This document shows, one piece after another, positions 16,601 through 24,710 of a stretch of DNA of 43,114 nt (positions are counted from its first letter, which is position 1; every line of letters starts with the position of its first letter). Location of the stretch: positions 1-43,114 of the IMG/VR virus record IMGVR_UViG_3300043690_000007; one strand, 5' to 3'. A program made the translations under genes and the position numbers. Below the pieces are notes generated by a model that was not told where the DNA came from, searched no databases, and was given only the letters and a program-made list of their open reading frames with translations. This DNA comes from a virus. Its lineage: Duplodnaviria; Caudoviricetes.

Positions 16601-17276
16601 CGCCATTGGCGTTCTCATCCGCGATCTCGCCGGGCGAGGCATGTTCAACGCCCTGCTTGTAGGCACCCCGATTATCGACGTTGGCCGCGCCCTCGTCATA
16701 GAGGACTTTGCCGTCCGGCGTGACCAGCTTGTTGCCTTGCCACTTCGGAGCCTTGCCGTCTACCGCCCACTTGCTCTCGGCGCTGAAGGTCTGGTGATGC
16801 GGGGTCTTCCAGTAGTCGGGCCAGTGCCGCTTGCCGTCAGCGTCATCCACGGCGGACGTGGCGCGCTTGTCGCCCCGCATGAATGCCTGATAGTAGCCGC
16901 GCATGTCATAGTCGGAATCGTACTTGTTCGGCGGGTCGAACGGCACGTTGTATTGCCGCGCCCACTTCTGGAAGTTGGCTTCCTCGTTGGACGGCAGAAC
17001 GGTGATGTAGACACCACCGGGATTGAAGGATTTCTGGCTCCAGGCCTTGTTGCGCTCAAAGGGCGACTGAGAAGGGGCCGCAGGAGCAGGCACAGTGCCC
17101 TGCGGCCCCCCGCTACCTTGAGGAGGAGCGTCTGCATTTTGGGCTCCTGCGGCTGACGGGTCAACCTTCACGAGCCCGCGTTTCAACGCTTCCTCGTACT
17201 GAGCCTTCATTTCCGGGGGCAGAAGACCGCGCTTGTAGGCCTCTGCCAGATACCCGGCGCGATCCTGATCTGCCAT
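13695..17276 (-). CDS. Large internal virion / DNA ejection protein
   Basis: 1193 aa, helical Ala/Lys/Glu-rich, third of three genes after the tail module. Confidence 0.7.
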   Translation of the reverse strand: MADQDRAGYLAEAYKRGLLPPEMKAQYEEALKRGLVKVDPSAAGAQNADAPPQGSGGPQGTVPAPAAPSQSPFERNKAWSQKSFNPGGVYITVLPSNEEANFQKWARQYNVPFDPPNKYDSDYDMRGYYQAFMRGDKRATSAVDDADGKRHWPDYWKTPHHQTFSAESKWAVDGKAPKWQGNKLVTPDGKVLYDEGAANVDNRGAYKQGVEHASPGEIADENANGDKRKAFHDKNLAEADKVPEPTVHQMAQSGTKYTRYPDRSVQSGGSDLATASQTLPGSAQVLYDALTNDPERVKLLSHLYGREHIGADANGLYVRLPSGRKMYPGGLNTDKGRVSDLIAGAPRTLGSMAGLAGGVTLGSATGSLPGAVAGAEIGAGTGAAAGQRITDEIVRLSGYYDRTPDEEMKGLAKVGSIAALSGGAGALGPEIALPAARGLQYIYRANPDTLLVPNALNIARELAQKGYEVNPGSYTASKFLPRQVKMTSLVTHYDPLQASAKRYVENESAALFEKDGMSKEEARATVKGMKTSEPSYENAGDELQQEARADYDKEKAKLDAKLQAIEYRAKTKGETDAELKEESLKAAKEMQAKYSQKVHKALLAGFRRIKMMKYPRPKQLAGDLSEAVTNLRKHVTEAANRLYEPAYPIAGDAPIDMSAAKDTIENFLRDLPEDLRKNFPAVIRDLNRMLGREEEGVQEEGGAVSGPPTMTLRELHTLRSYLRDMGYSESLTPSFKKGPYNMMAAVVDNIMHNPENPEAVRRAMAIIDKGDEYYAHNMKQFSSEALQAMVDSVRAGLPPNPSHILDLAADSGQMSTLKRIQDIGGPELSKRLASADIDRILAVSTGIDDRVNPQIFVREVNDRDKSGLLRAIHGDENAALIKDYAQKLAAKNDIIPVESLTPGDFAHDLQLLFEVNRSIETMEGKNALATLEQAAKGEKAVLSKEFADRMSGKKNAMAILRNPNMSGIKAAEKIITNTRMLKAAIAKFGENSKGLQMLRRAALQRILAPVIQGKGANSIKEHLFTMTKEQQDLLFPNGMADDLRKIADALYVITGGPENTTPGMSAGNVLNKQSIWRRAIPQFIDTVETWIVTRPAFTRVIAADLSRKGAYAKTLFQIRNYIAAASAGVGAYAARPENAGTEEGRKTVPTTDPRVTDPKTQKWRDLLEDDGDEPRGNWRDLVKPQGRERRASP

Positions 17277-17277
17277 T

Positions 17278-18750
17278 TTACGGGAGCCCCAGTGCTTTCT
17301 TGATGTCCTGATCCGACTTGCCGCTCAAATCGCCGGTAGCGCCGCCGCCACCCGGATTCGGCGCGGTGCCGCCTTTCTTTTTCGGCGGCTTGTATTCGAC
17401 TTCCGAGCGCGGGAACTGCCGCAGGATCGCGCCCGCCCGGTTGTAGGTCGAGGTCATCATCATGTCGATCAGGTCCTCAACCGTCTGCACGTTCGAGCCA
17501 ATGTCCACATTGGTGAGGTCTTTGAAGGCTTTCTCTTGCGCGACACTCCAATAGCCATGCTTCTGCTGCATTTCGCGCTCGATTTCCTCGGCCCACTTCT
17601 TCAGGCGCGTCTTGAAGATATTGGCGCTCTGATCGGAGCCGAACACAGCGGTCAGTTTCTGCGCCGCGCGAGCCACTTGGCCTGCCGCGCCGACCTTGAA
17701 ATTGGTCGTCTCAAGCTCATTGATGAAGCCATTCGCGTCCTCGGCCCAGCCGTAGATCGAACCAGCCAGCATTTCCGTGTTGAGCATGGTGCTGTCGAGA
17801 TGCTGCCCCTGGGTGGCCTGGACTTGCGCCCGCACATCAGGGTCGGTGATCTCCTTCCGGGTGGCGAAATCGGTCAGGGAGCCGGTCTTGCTATTATAGA
17901 TGACAGGCGTCTGGTCATTCAGCCACATGATCTGCCCGCCGCCAGTGATGCCGCCAGCGATGGATTTCAGGAGCGCGGCCTGCCGCAGCGTCTCCATATC
18001 GGCGTCGTGGGCGTTCTTAATCTGCTGGTTCGCGAACCACGCCCGGTCGCGGTCACCCCGGATCATGTCCGCGATCAGCGGGTTGATCTTGGCCAGCTCC
18101 TCCAGTTTCTGGTGATAAATCATCTGCTTCGCCATGGGCGACAGATCGCGCGTGTAGGGGGCCGTGTTGAGTTCGTCGCGAATCCGCTGATCAGCGATCT
18201 GGGCCTGCTGATACAACGCCGCCACGTCGTTTCCGCCCGCAGTCGCCGTATCGTAGGACTCACCAATCTGATTGTTGGTGGCGGCACGGCCAGCATCAGC
18301 CCTCTGGCCAATGGTTGGGGCAGCGGGCCTGGGGATCGTCACCACGGGCCGATTTGGGTTGGGCGCGGCAGCGGTCTGCGGCCCCGTGTAGGGCTGGATC
18401 GACGTGAAGCCCTGCGCCGTCGTGTTCGGAAGGGCTGGGGCGGCTGGCTGTGGCGGGTTCTGGCCATTGGCAATGGCCCCAAGCCCAGAGCCTGTCTGGC
18501 CAATGTTGCCGACGTTGCTGCCGTTGGGCGTCTGCCCCTGCCCCTGCAGGCGGGCAAGCGCCTCCGCGACCGCCTGCGGCCCGAACTGGCCGCTCGCGGC
18601 GTCGAGCAAGGCCTGCCGGTCCTGGCCCTCCCAGTACATGCGCTGCCGGTCAGCGTCGGTCAGCTGCTTGGTGTAGTTGCGCTTGACCATGTCGTCCATG
18701 GCCTGGGAGTAGCCGGGGTAGACCGCCGATAGGCCGGATAGGTTCACCAT
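17278..18750 (-). CDS. Internal virion / DNA ejection protein
   Basis: 490 aa, Gln/Ala/Gly-rich; position in ejection trio. Confidence 0.65.
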   Translation of the reverse strand: MVNLSGLSAVYPGYSQAMDDMVKRNYTKQLTDADRQRMYWEGQDRQALLDAASGQFGPQAVAEALARLQGQGQTPNGSNVGNIGQTGSGLGAIANGQNPPQPAAPALPNTTAQGFTSIQPYTGPQTAAAPNPNRPVVTIPRPAAPTIGQRADAGRAATNNQIGESYDTATAGGNDVAALYQQAQIADQRIRDELNTAPYTRDLSPMAKQMIYHQKLEELAKINPLIADMIRGDRDRAWFANQQIKNAHDADMETLRQAALLKSIAGGITGGGQIMWLNDQTPVIYNSKTGSLTDFATRKEITDPDVRAQVQATQGQHLDSTMLNTEMLAGSIYGWAEDANGFINELETTNFKVGAAGQVARAAQKLTAVFGSDQSANIFKTRLKKWAEEIEREMQQKHGYWSVAQEKAFKDLTNVDIGSNVQTVEDLIDMMMTSTYNRAGAILRQFPRSEVEYKPPKKKGGTAPNPGGGGATGDLSGKSDQDIKKALGLP

Positions 18751-18754
18751 GGCT

Positions 18755-19681
18755 TTAGCCCCACGGGTTCATCTGGGAGGGGGAGAGGTGCGGGTCAGTG
18801 GGCGACATCAGCCCGCCGCTGTTCTGGCCCGTCCATTGCTGATAGGCGTTGCCCAGGCCCTGTAGCCCCTGGCCGATGCCCGCGCCGTAGGCTTGGTTCT
18901 GCCCCCAGCCAGCCAGCTGCCCGGCCTGCCCGACATTCAGGTATTTGTCGGCCTGAGCCCCCATCGCACCGTACATATTGCTGGCGTCGTTGTAGGCGCT
19001 CATTTCGCCAAGGCGCTGGTTGTTATAGGTCTGGTAGGGCAAGCCGTAGCCGGTCATGTAGGCCTGCCCGGCAGCGTTGCCGAGTTCCCCGGCCTGCCCG
19101 AAGGTGTTGCCCATCTGGCCCATGTAGCCGCCATAGGCCTGCATCGCCGCCGCCTGCCGCTGCAGCTGCTGGTTCTGCCAGTTGATGTTGAAATTCGAGT
19201 TCGATGCCGCCGTGGTGCCCGCGCCGTAAGGCGTGTTCGAGACACCCTGTGCCGCCTCCAGCGCCATCGTCTGCTGCTCATTTTGCTGCTGTAGCTGATG
19301 GTAGAGCGCGTGCTGCGGATCGAACCCGGTCTGCAGGATCGACCGCGCGTAGGGCATCCCGCCGACAGCGCCGCCGTACAGCTGGCTGGCCCCGGCCTGC
19401 AGCTGCGGGGCGAGGGTGCCGGTGTAATACTGGCCGGTGAGCCCCGCGCCCTGCTGCATCCCAGCGGCGTAGGGATTGTTCGCGATCTGGTTGGCGTAGG
19501 TGTTGCCCAGGCCAGCATTGTTGCTCATCTGAGCAATGCCGCCGGACCAGTAGTTATCGACAGCGCCTTGGTTGACCGGCACGTAGGCGTTGCCGCCCTG
19601 GCCGTTGCCATTCACCATGCCGCCGATGCCGCCCGCCAAGCTGCCGATGGCACTGAGCGCACCCATTGCTACAAGCGCCAT
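18755..19681 (-). CDS. DNA transfer/pilot protein (P22 gp7-like position)
   Basis: Gly/Ala hydrophobic N-terminus MALVAMGALSAIGSLAGGIGG, Q/G/N/Y-rich body. Confidence 0.7.
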   Translation of the reverse strand: MALVAMGALSAIGSLAGGIGGMVNGNGQGGNAYVPVNQGAVDNYWSGGIAQMSNNAGLGNTYANQIANNPYAAGMQQGAGLTGQYYTGTLAPQLQAGASQLYGGAVGGMPYARSILQTGFDPQHALYHQLQQQNEQQTMALEAAQGVSNTPYGAGTTAASNSNFNINWQNQQLQRQAAAMQAYGGYMGQMGNTFGQAGELGNAAGQAYMTGYGLPYQTYNNQRLGEMSAYNDASNMYGAMGAQADKYLNVGQAGQLAGWGQNQAYGAGIGQGLQGLGNAYQQWTGQNSGGLMSPTDPHLSPSQMNPWG

Positions 19682-19765
19682 GACACCCCTCCAGAAACGG
19701 TCAAATCGTCTCTGGAATATGCGCTATTAGCTTGACAAAAGCACGAAGGGATTAATCCGAAAGGC

Positions 19766-20356
19766 CTAGAGGACGGCCCCGTAGATGGCCTGGAAGCCCC
19801 GGTAGTTTTTGAGCGCCCGGTCGATCACCTGGGCGTGATCGCAGGTGATCACCCGGCGGCTGTAGAGGTGGAACCATATCGGGGGCATCACCTCGCCAAG
19901 GCAATGCCTGAACAGCGCGGCGCAGGTGTCCTCGTTGCTCAGGTCTTTATAATCGAATGTCAGCGCGTTGGGATGGCACTCGGCCACGTCGAGCGCATCG
20001 TCCAACTTCTCTAGGAGCTGAATCGGGATCGGCAAGCCAAGGCGCTGCATCGCGGCATAAACCTGGGCTCGGGGCCGACGCACCACCACAATCTTCAGGT
20101 CGGGCACCTCCCTCACGACATCGAGCAGGCGCAACGCCAACATCGTGTCTGAGACGCCGTTGCCGTGGCGCATCGTGTCACAGAGGCTATCGAAGCTGGG
20201 CAGCTGGCTCGTCAGCTCGTGCCAGCATCTACGGTCGCCGTACGACAGGAACTCGGCCAGCCACGCCGTGCGCGAGCGCGGCAGGCCGACAACGGCGAAC
20301 GGGGTCGGGTAGGCGGGCCTAAACTTCGGCGGGGGTGGGGGTGGTGTCTGGGCCAA
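19766..20356 (-). CDS. Sulfotransferase-like P-loop protein
   Basis: FAVVGLPRSRTAWLAEFL (PSB-loop like), CWHE, KIVVVRRP, FDYKDL. Confidence 0.7.
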   Translation of the reverse strand: MAQTPPPPPPKFRPAYPTPFAVVGLPRSRTAWLAEFLSYGDRRCWHELTSQLPSFDSLCDTMRHGNGVSDTMLALRLLDVVREVPDLKIVVVRRPRAQVYAAMQRLGLPIPIQLLEKLDDALDVAECHPNALTFDYKDLSNEDTCAALFRHCLGEVMPPIWFHLYSRRVITCDHAQVIDRALKNYRGFQAIYGAVL

Positions 20357-20801
20357 GGGTCACCTCAAGGAAGATCGCAGCGTTCGTGCCGAAGTTGATC
20401 ATGCTGTGGTACGCCCGATGGTTGATCAGCACGATCTGGCCGACCGGCGGCACCATGCTGTCACCGCCGCTGTAGAGCCATGCGCCTGGGCTCGGCACCA
20501 ACGTGATGTGGAACCGCAGCAGCGTCTCGCCCTCCTGCGACTTGTCCTGATACCAATCATGCACCTCCAGCGGCTGCAGCGAACGCACCTCCGCCAGCCT
20601 GATCTCCTGGCCGGGCAGGGCGATCACCCGCTTGATCCGCTCCAGCAAGGCCCTGGCTGATTTAAAATTGTCCAGAATTGGCTGATTTTGGCCGTTTTCG
20701 ACCAAAGACATCGTGCCCAGCTGCACCGCCTCCTTGTGGCGGACCAGCAGGTTGGCGGTCATCAGCGAAGCATCGACGAACCCAACAGGACGGAGGCTCA
20801 A
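20319..20801 (-). CDS. Asp/Asn beta-hydroxylase-like (2OG-Fe(II) cupin fold) protein, possibly degenerate
   Basis: RFHITL...G..MVPPVGQIVLINHRAYHSMINFG pattern. Confidence 0.7.
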   Translation of the reverse strand: MSLRPVGFVDASLMTANLLVRHKEAVQLGTMSLVENGQNQPILDNFKSARALLERIKRVIALPGQEIRLAEVRSLQPLEVHDWYQDKSQEGETLLRFHITLVPSPGAWLYSGGDSMVPPVGQIVLINHRAYHSMINFGTNAAIFLEVTLGPDTTPTPAEV

Positions 20802-20893
20802 GCAAACACCTTTGCGATCAGGAAGGACAGCCCCAGCGCGGGCATGACGAAGAAGCCCAAGAAGTCGCGGCAGAGCCGCAGCCAGTCACTCAA
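20798..20893 (-). CDS. Small hydrophobic peptide after the endolysin (31 aa)
   Basis: Own translation from TTG: LSDWLRLCRDFLGFFVMPALGLSFLIAKVFA; overlaps both neighbours. Confidence 0.45.
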   Translation of the reverse strand: MSDWLRLCRDFLGFFVMPALGLSFLIAKVFA

Positions 20894-21323
20894 TGTAATT
20901 CCCCACAGGATCGAGAGCGTAGAACTCGTGATTGCCGATCAGCGCGCAGATTTCCTTGTTCTTCGACCATTTAGCCCCGGTGCCGACGCGCTGGTACATG
21001 GTCGCGCCGCGTGACGGGTCGAACAGGATTTCGCCGCCGAAGACCTGAATGGCCACCCCGTAGAGGTGCTGGTACATCGGGTCGTCGGTGAACAGCTTGG
21101 TCATGGCCGACAGCTCGGGGCTGTCAGGGTTCCAGCAGCTGAACTGGTAGGGCTTCTGGCACACCTCCGTGATGCTCGTACCCCATTTAGGGTACGCGAG
21201 CCGGTTGCGGAGGACGAAGGCGACGGCGATCTGGCCCTGGAGGCTCTCGCCCCGGCACTCACCCCACAGGGTGCGCGCCGCCACGTCAGTGTCGCCCTTG
21301 GTGAAAGCGATGGGATCAGCCAC
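20886..21323 (-). CDS. Endolysin, SleB/Hydrolase_2 cell wall hydrolase
   Basis: ARTLWGECRGE..GQIAVAFVLRNR..VCQKPYQFSCWN..GAT.Y..IGNHEFY; GTG start at 21323. Confidence 0.92.
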   Translation of the reverse strand: MADPIAFTKGDTDVAARTLWGECRGESLQGQIAVAFVLRNRLAYPKWGTSITEVCQKPYQFSCWNPDSPELSAMTKLFTDDPMYQHLYGVAIQVFGGEILFDPSRGATMYQRVGTGAKWSKNKEICALIGNHEFYALDPVGNYIE

Positions 21324-21636
21324 CCTGCTGCACCGACCGCACGCCCGCAGACTGGAGCGCAGCGAGGTTCGCGGCCTGCATCCCGACCTGCTTGCCCCAG
21401 GTATAGTGCGCGTCGGCAATGGTCGCCGTCTCGTGCGCCTGCCCCAGCTTCTGGATGAAGCTCCAGCCCAGGCCGATCATTGCCAGTCCGATGGGCACCG
21501 CGATCCGCACGAAATCGGGCACATCGCCCTGCGTGATCACATCATGTGCGACCAGATAACCAGCCGCATAAGTTGCACCATGACGAACCACCGAAGCCAA
21601 GTAAGGCTTGGCCGCACTGACGACACCCTCATCCAT
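21316..21636 (-). CDS. Putative holin
   Basis: SVVRHGATYAAGYLVAH..IGLAMIGLGWS; two hydrophobic segments; directly upstream of endolysin. Confidence 0.75.
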   Translation of the reverse strand: MDEGVVSAAKPYLASVVRHGATYAAGYLVAHDVITQGDVPDFVRIAVPIGLAMIGLGWSFIQKLGQAHETATIADAHYTWGKQVGMQAANLAALQSAGVRSVQQGG

Positions 21637-21697
21637 TTGGATTACCCCATCCCGTTTGCGAGACTATCGCAGACGAGAGGAGTCGAGGGAAGCGGAA

Positions 21698-22261
21698 TTA
21701 CTGAATGTTGGCGCTGAGCGACAGGCGGAATTGCTGGTTGGCGGTGGTCGGCAAAGTTACCTGCGCGCCCCCAGGGTTATAGAAGATCACGGACCAGTAG
21801 ATTGGCGTGCCGACCGGCACTTGGAAGCCGATGCCGGGCATCGGCGCGTCATTGGGGACGGACCCCATCCACGTCGAGCGATCGGAGTAAAACAGCCCAG
21901 TAATCGCCAAATGGCACGTACAGATAAGGTTCGGCCCGCCGACCGCAAGCGAATTGCCCCAATCGCCGCCATCACCGACCGTAGCGGTCGGGGCTGCATA
22001 GTAGAGGCTCACATATGCTTGACACGCGGTCGGCCAATTGAGCCCCGTCGTCGGGGTCTGGAGCCAAGGATCAGTGATCACGGCGCGGGTGCCGCCATCG
22101 GGCAGAGTGAACGAGGGGAAGGTGACGCTGCCCGCCGTCGTCGAGTTGGCGACCAGCACCCCAGCCCCGCTGTTGATCACGTAGCTCGTCGTGTTGTTGG
22201 CCCGCGCATATGTCGAGACAATCTCTGCGGCCAGGGGCCTACCGCCCGCTACCTGCGCCAT
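21698..22261 (-). CDS. Putative virion protein, paralog A
   Basis: RANNTTSY..VANSTTAGSVTFPSFTLPD; beta-rich. Confidence 0.7.
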   Translation of the reverse strand: MAQVAGGRPLAAEIVSTYARANNTTSYVINSGAGVLVANSTTAGSVTFPSFTLPDGGTRAVITDPWLQTPTTGLNWPTACQAYVSLYYAAPTATVGDGGDWGNSLAVGGPNLICTCHLAITGLFYSDRSTWMGSVPNDAPMPGIGFQVPVGTPIYWSVIFYNPGGAQVTLPTTANQQFRLSLSANIQ

Positions 22262-22271
22262 TGCGCGGCTC

Positions 22272-22853
22272 CTACTGCTGGTTGAAGCCGAGCGTCAGCA
22301 CGAACTTCTGGCCCGAGGTGTTCACGCACGTCACCGCCCCAGTGTTGTTCGACGGGTTTTGGAGCAGGAACGCCCAATAGATCGGCGTGCCCACCGGCAA
22401 CTGAAGGCCCGCGCCAAAGGTGCCGTACAACGGGTCGCCAAAGAACTCGGCTGTATCCGAGTACCACCAGCCCCCAGTGCCGAAGCCGTAATCGGCAATG
22501 ACGTGCGCCGAACCAACCGTAATTGCGCCGGTCCACGACGCGCCGTCGCCCACGGCGGCGGTCGGAGGCGCGTCAAACAGAACAATGCGCCCGTTGAGCC
22601 CGCCGGTACGCCAACCGAGGTCGGTCGTGTTGGTCGTCAGATTGCACGCCAAGATCGTCGCCCGCGTTACACCCTGATCGGGCAGCGTGAAGGACGGGAA
22701 CACCACCGAGCCCGCCGTGGTCGAGTTGGCGACGAAGACGCCCGAGCCGAGAGCAATCGGCCCGTAGCTGGTGGTGTTGGCGGGCCGGGTCAGGGTCGAG
22801 CGGACGACGCCGAACAGGGGAGCCGCACTCCCGGCGGGTTGTACGTAAGCCAT
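22272..22853 (-). CDS. Putative virion protein, paralog B
   Basis: RPANTTSY..VANSTTAGSVVFPSFTLPD; aligns with paralog A over its full length. Confidence 0.7.
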   Translation of the reverse strand: MAYVQPAGSAAPLFGVVRSTLTRPANTTSYGPIALGSGVFVANSTTAGSVVFPSFTLPDQGVTRATILACNLTTNTTDLGWRTGGLNGRIVLFDAPPTAAVGDGASWTGAITVGSAHVIADYGFGTGGWWYSDTAEFFGDPLYGTFGAGLQLPVGTPIYWAFLLQNPSNNTGAVTCVNTSGQKFVLTLGFNQQ

Positions 22854-22878
22854 AGAGCGAAACTCCCCTATCGGTTGA

Positions 22879-23199
22879 TTAGAACGCCGGAACCCAGCGG
22901 ATGTTGCCGGATGCGTCGGTGAACTGCAGCCACGCCTGGACGGTCGTGTGCGAGCCGGTCGGCCCGAGCGAGCCCAGCGTCGTCGCGACCGAGCCGTTCG
23001 CCGCAGTCGTCATCGAGGTCGGGATTTGCAGGTTGGTGTTGATCGAGCCGACCAGCGCATTGAGGTCGTTCTGCGCCACCGGCAGGGTGACCGGATTGGA
23101 GCCCGCCGCGCCCGTGAAGTAGGGCAGGGTAGTTGCCATTGCCACCGGGATACAGGTCAGAAGAATAAAAGCCGCGTAGTAGCCAAGAAGTCGTTTCAT
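22879..23199 (-). CDS. Putative short fibre/spike-like protein with signal-like N-terminus
   Basis: GGAGGG RBS; MKRLL + hydrophobic stretch; C-terminal WLQFTDASGNIRWVPAF. Confidence 0.65.
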   Translation of the reverse strand: MKRLLGYYAAFILLTCIPVAMATTLPYFTGAAGSNPVTLPVAQNDLNALVGSINTNLQIPTSMTTAANGSVATTLGSLGPTGSHTTVQAWLQFTDASGNIRWVPAF

Positions 23200-23214
23200 A
23201 GTGTCATCCCTCCA

Positions 23215-23388
23215 TTAAGGCGCAGTATCGCCAACTTGCAGTGTGTCAGAGCGCACAAGCACCAGATTTGGCCCTGGATTGTACGGCGTAACGCCGTCCC
23301 ACAGAAGCGTATTCAGGACCGTGTGTGGGGCAACCGGGTTGCCGCTATCATCGGTCGTCTCAACCGTCGAATAGACCACGTAGCGCAT
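23215..23388 (-). CDS. Small tail-fibre-associated protein (57 aa)
   Basis: TGATG coupling to the Gly-rich fibre; own translation ..VLNTLLWDGVTPYNPGPNLVLVRSDTLQVGD. Confidence 0.65.
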   Translation of the reverse strand: MRYVVYSTVETTDDSGNPVAPHTVLNTLLWDGVTPYNPGPNLVLVRSDTLQVGDTAP

Positions 23389-24437
23389 CAGAAGAACTCC
23401 TCGATCAACAGATACCCCGCGCCGCCGAGCCCGCCAGCCCCGGCAGTCGCGCCGTTCAAGGCAGACCCGCCACCGCCAGCGCCGCTGCCCTGGTTGCCGT
23501 TGCCGCCAGCGCCGCCGTTAGCTGAGGATGCGCCGAAGCCGCCGCCGCCGCCGCCAGCAGGCATGTAAGGGAAATAGGTCGCCGGGGCGTTGCCGCCAGC
23601 ACGCGAGCCGGTCAGCCCGCCCGCCGCTTGGGCGTTACTGCCCGAGGCGCTTGGCGTTGCCTGTGCAAACCCGCCCGCGCCACCGTTGATCGAGGCCGGG
23701 GCTGCGGTCACGCCACCCCCTGAACCACCACCGCCAGGGCCCATAAGCGAACTGCCGCCCGACGTTCCGGCGGCGATGGTGCCACCACCGCCACTAGCGC
23801 CAACACCCCACGTTGAGGCGTTGTTGCCCGCCGCGCCCGAGCCACCGCTCTGACCAAACGACGCCCCGTTCCCGCCGGTCCCGTTGGTCGAGCCGCTGCC
23901 GGTCGCGCCACCGCCGGTCGAGCCGCTGCCGCCACCGCCAGAGTTGCCGCTGATCTGCCCGCCCGCACCGCCACCGCCGCCACCCGCTTGGTAGTAGATC
24001 GTCGGGTTGTTGCCGAATTGAGTTGCCCCGCCCGTACCGCCGTTGCCGCCCGCCGTGCCGTTGACGGTTGCCGCCGCGCCGACCGAGCCGTTGGCTCCGA
24101 TGGTCACCGCCACCGGAAGCGTCAGGTCGCTCACCCGGATGTCCACGAAGGCCGCAGGGCCACCGCCCGCACCGCCACCACCGCCACCCCCAGAACAAGC
24201 CGTGCCCGACGCGGTAAGCGCGCCGCCGCCGCCGCCACCGCCACCGCCCGCGCCGAACACGCGGATCATCTGCGCGCCCTGTGTCGGGGTGTAGGTGCCG
24301 CTCGACGTGAATAGGATCAGATTGGTGATCGCCCGTGAATTGACCGCGCGAGCGAGTGCGTTGAGGTCAGGGATGTTGGCCGGATTCGCCGCCGGATTGG
24401 CCCCGCCGGGGCCGGTGAAATCTGGAATATTACTCAC
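23388..24437 (-). CDS. Glycine-rich tail fibre/adhesin-like protein
   Basis: FTSSGTYTP..IRVFGAGGGGGG..VTIGANG..GGLGGAGYLLIEE. Confidence 0.85.
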   Translation of the reverse strand: MSNIPDFTGPGGANPAANPANIPDLNALARAVNSRAITNLILFTSSGTYTPTQGAQMIRVFGAGGGGGGGGGALTASGTACSGGGGGGGAGGGPAAFVDIRVSDLTLPVAVTIGANGSVGAAATVNGTAGGNGGTGGATQFGNNPTIYYQAGGGGGGAGGQISGNSGGGGSGSTGGGATGSGSTNGTGGNGASFGQSGGSGAAGNNASTWGVGASGGGGTIAAGTSGGSSLMGPGGGGSGGGVTAAPASINGGAGGFAQATPSASGSNAQAAGGLTGSRAGGNAPATYFPYMPAGGGGGGFGASSANGGAGGNGNQGSGAGGGGSALNGATAGAGGLGGAGYLLIEEFF

Positions 24438-24453
24438 GCTCTTACACCCCTCT

Positions 24454-24687
24454 TTATTTGCCCGTGAAAAAGTGCATCGCCAGCTGGACGAGAACGCCGA
24501 CCAAGATCGTGATTACGCCGGTCGCCATCCCCCACTGCGTTTTCTGCAGGTTGTCGAGCTGTTTGCGGATTTCGCCCTGCCTCTCGGCGCAGACTTGTTC
24601 GTGGCTGGTAATTCGCGACACCGCTCCCTCTGCCATGCGCCGGATGTCGTCGATTTCGCGTCGATCTTGAGATGACAATCCGAACAT
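24454..24687 (-). CDS. XhlA/holin-like membrane protein (77 aa)
   Basis: ATG at 24687; HEQVCAER coiled coil followed by a C-terminal TM helix. Confidence 0.7.
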   Translation of the reverse strand: MFGLSSQDRREIDDIRRMAEGAVSRITSHEQVCAERQGEIRKQLDNLQKTQWGMATGVITILVGVLVQLAMHFFTGK

Positions 24688-24710
24688 GGTTGTGACTTCC
24701 CCGACAGGAG

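Noticed and set aside
23388-24437. Collagen-like or tandem DNA repeat
   Set aside because: GCC/CCG runs reflect poly-Gly coding without Gly-X-Y periodicity
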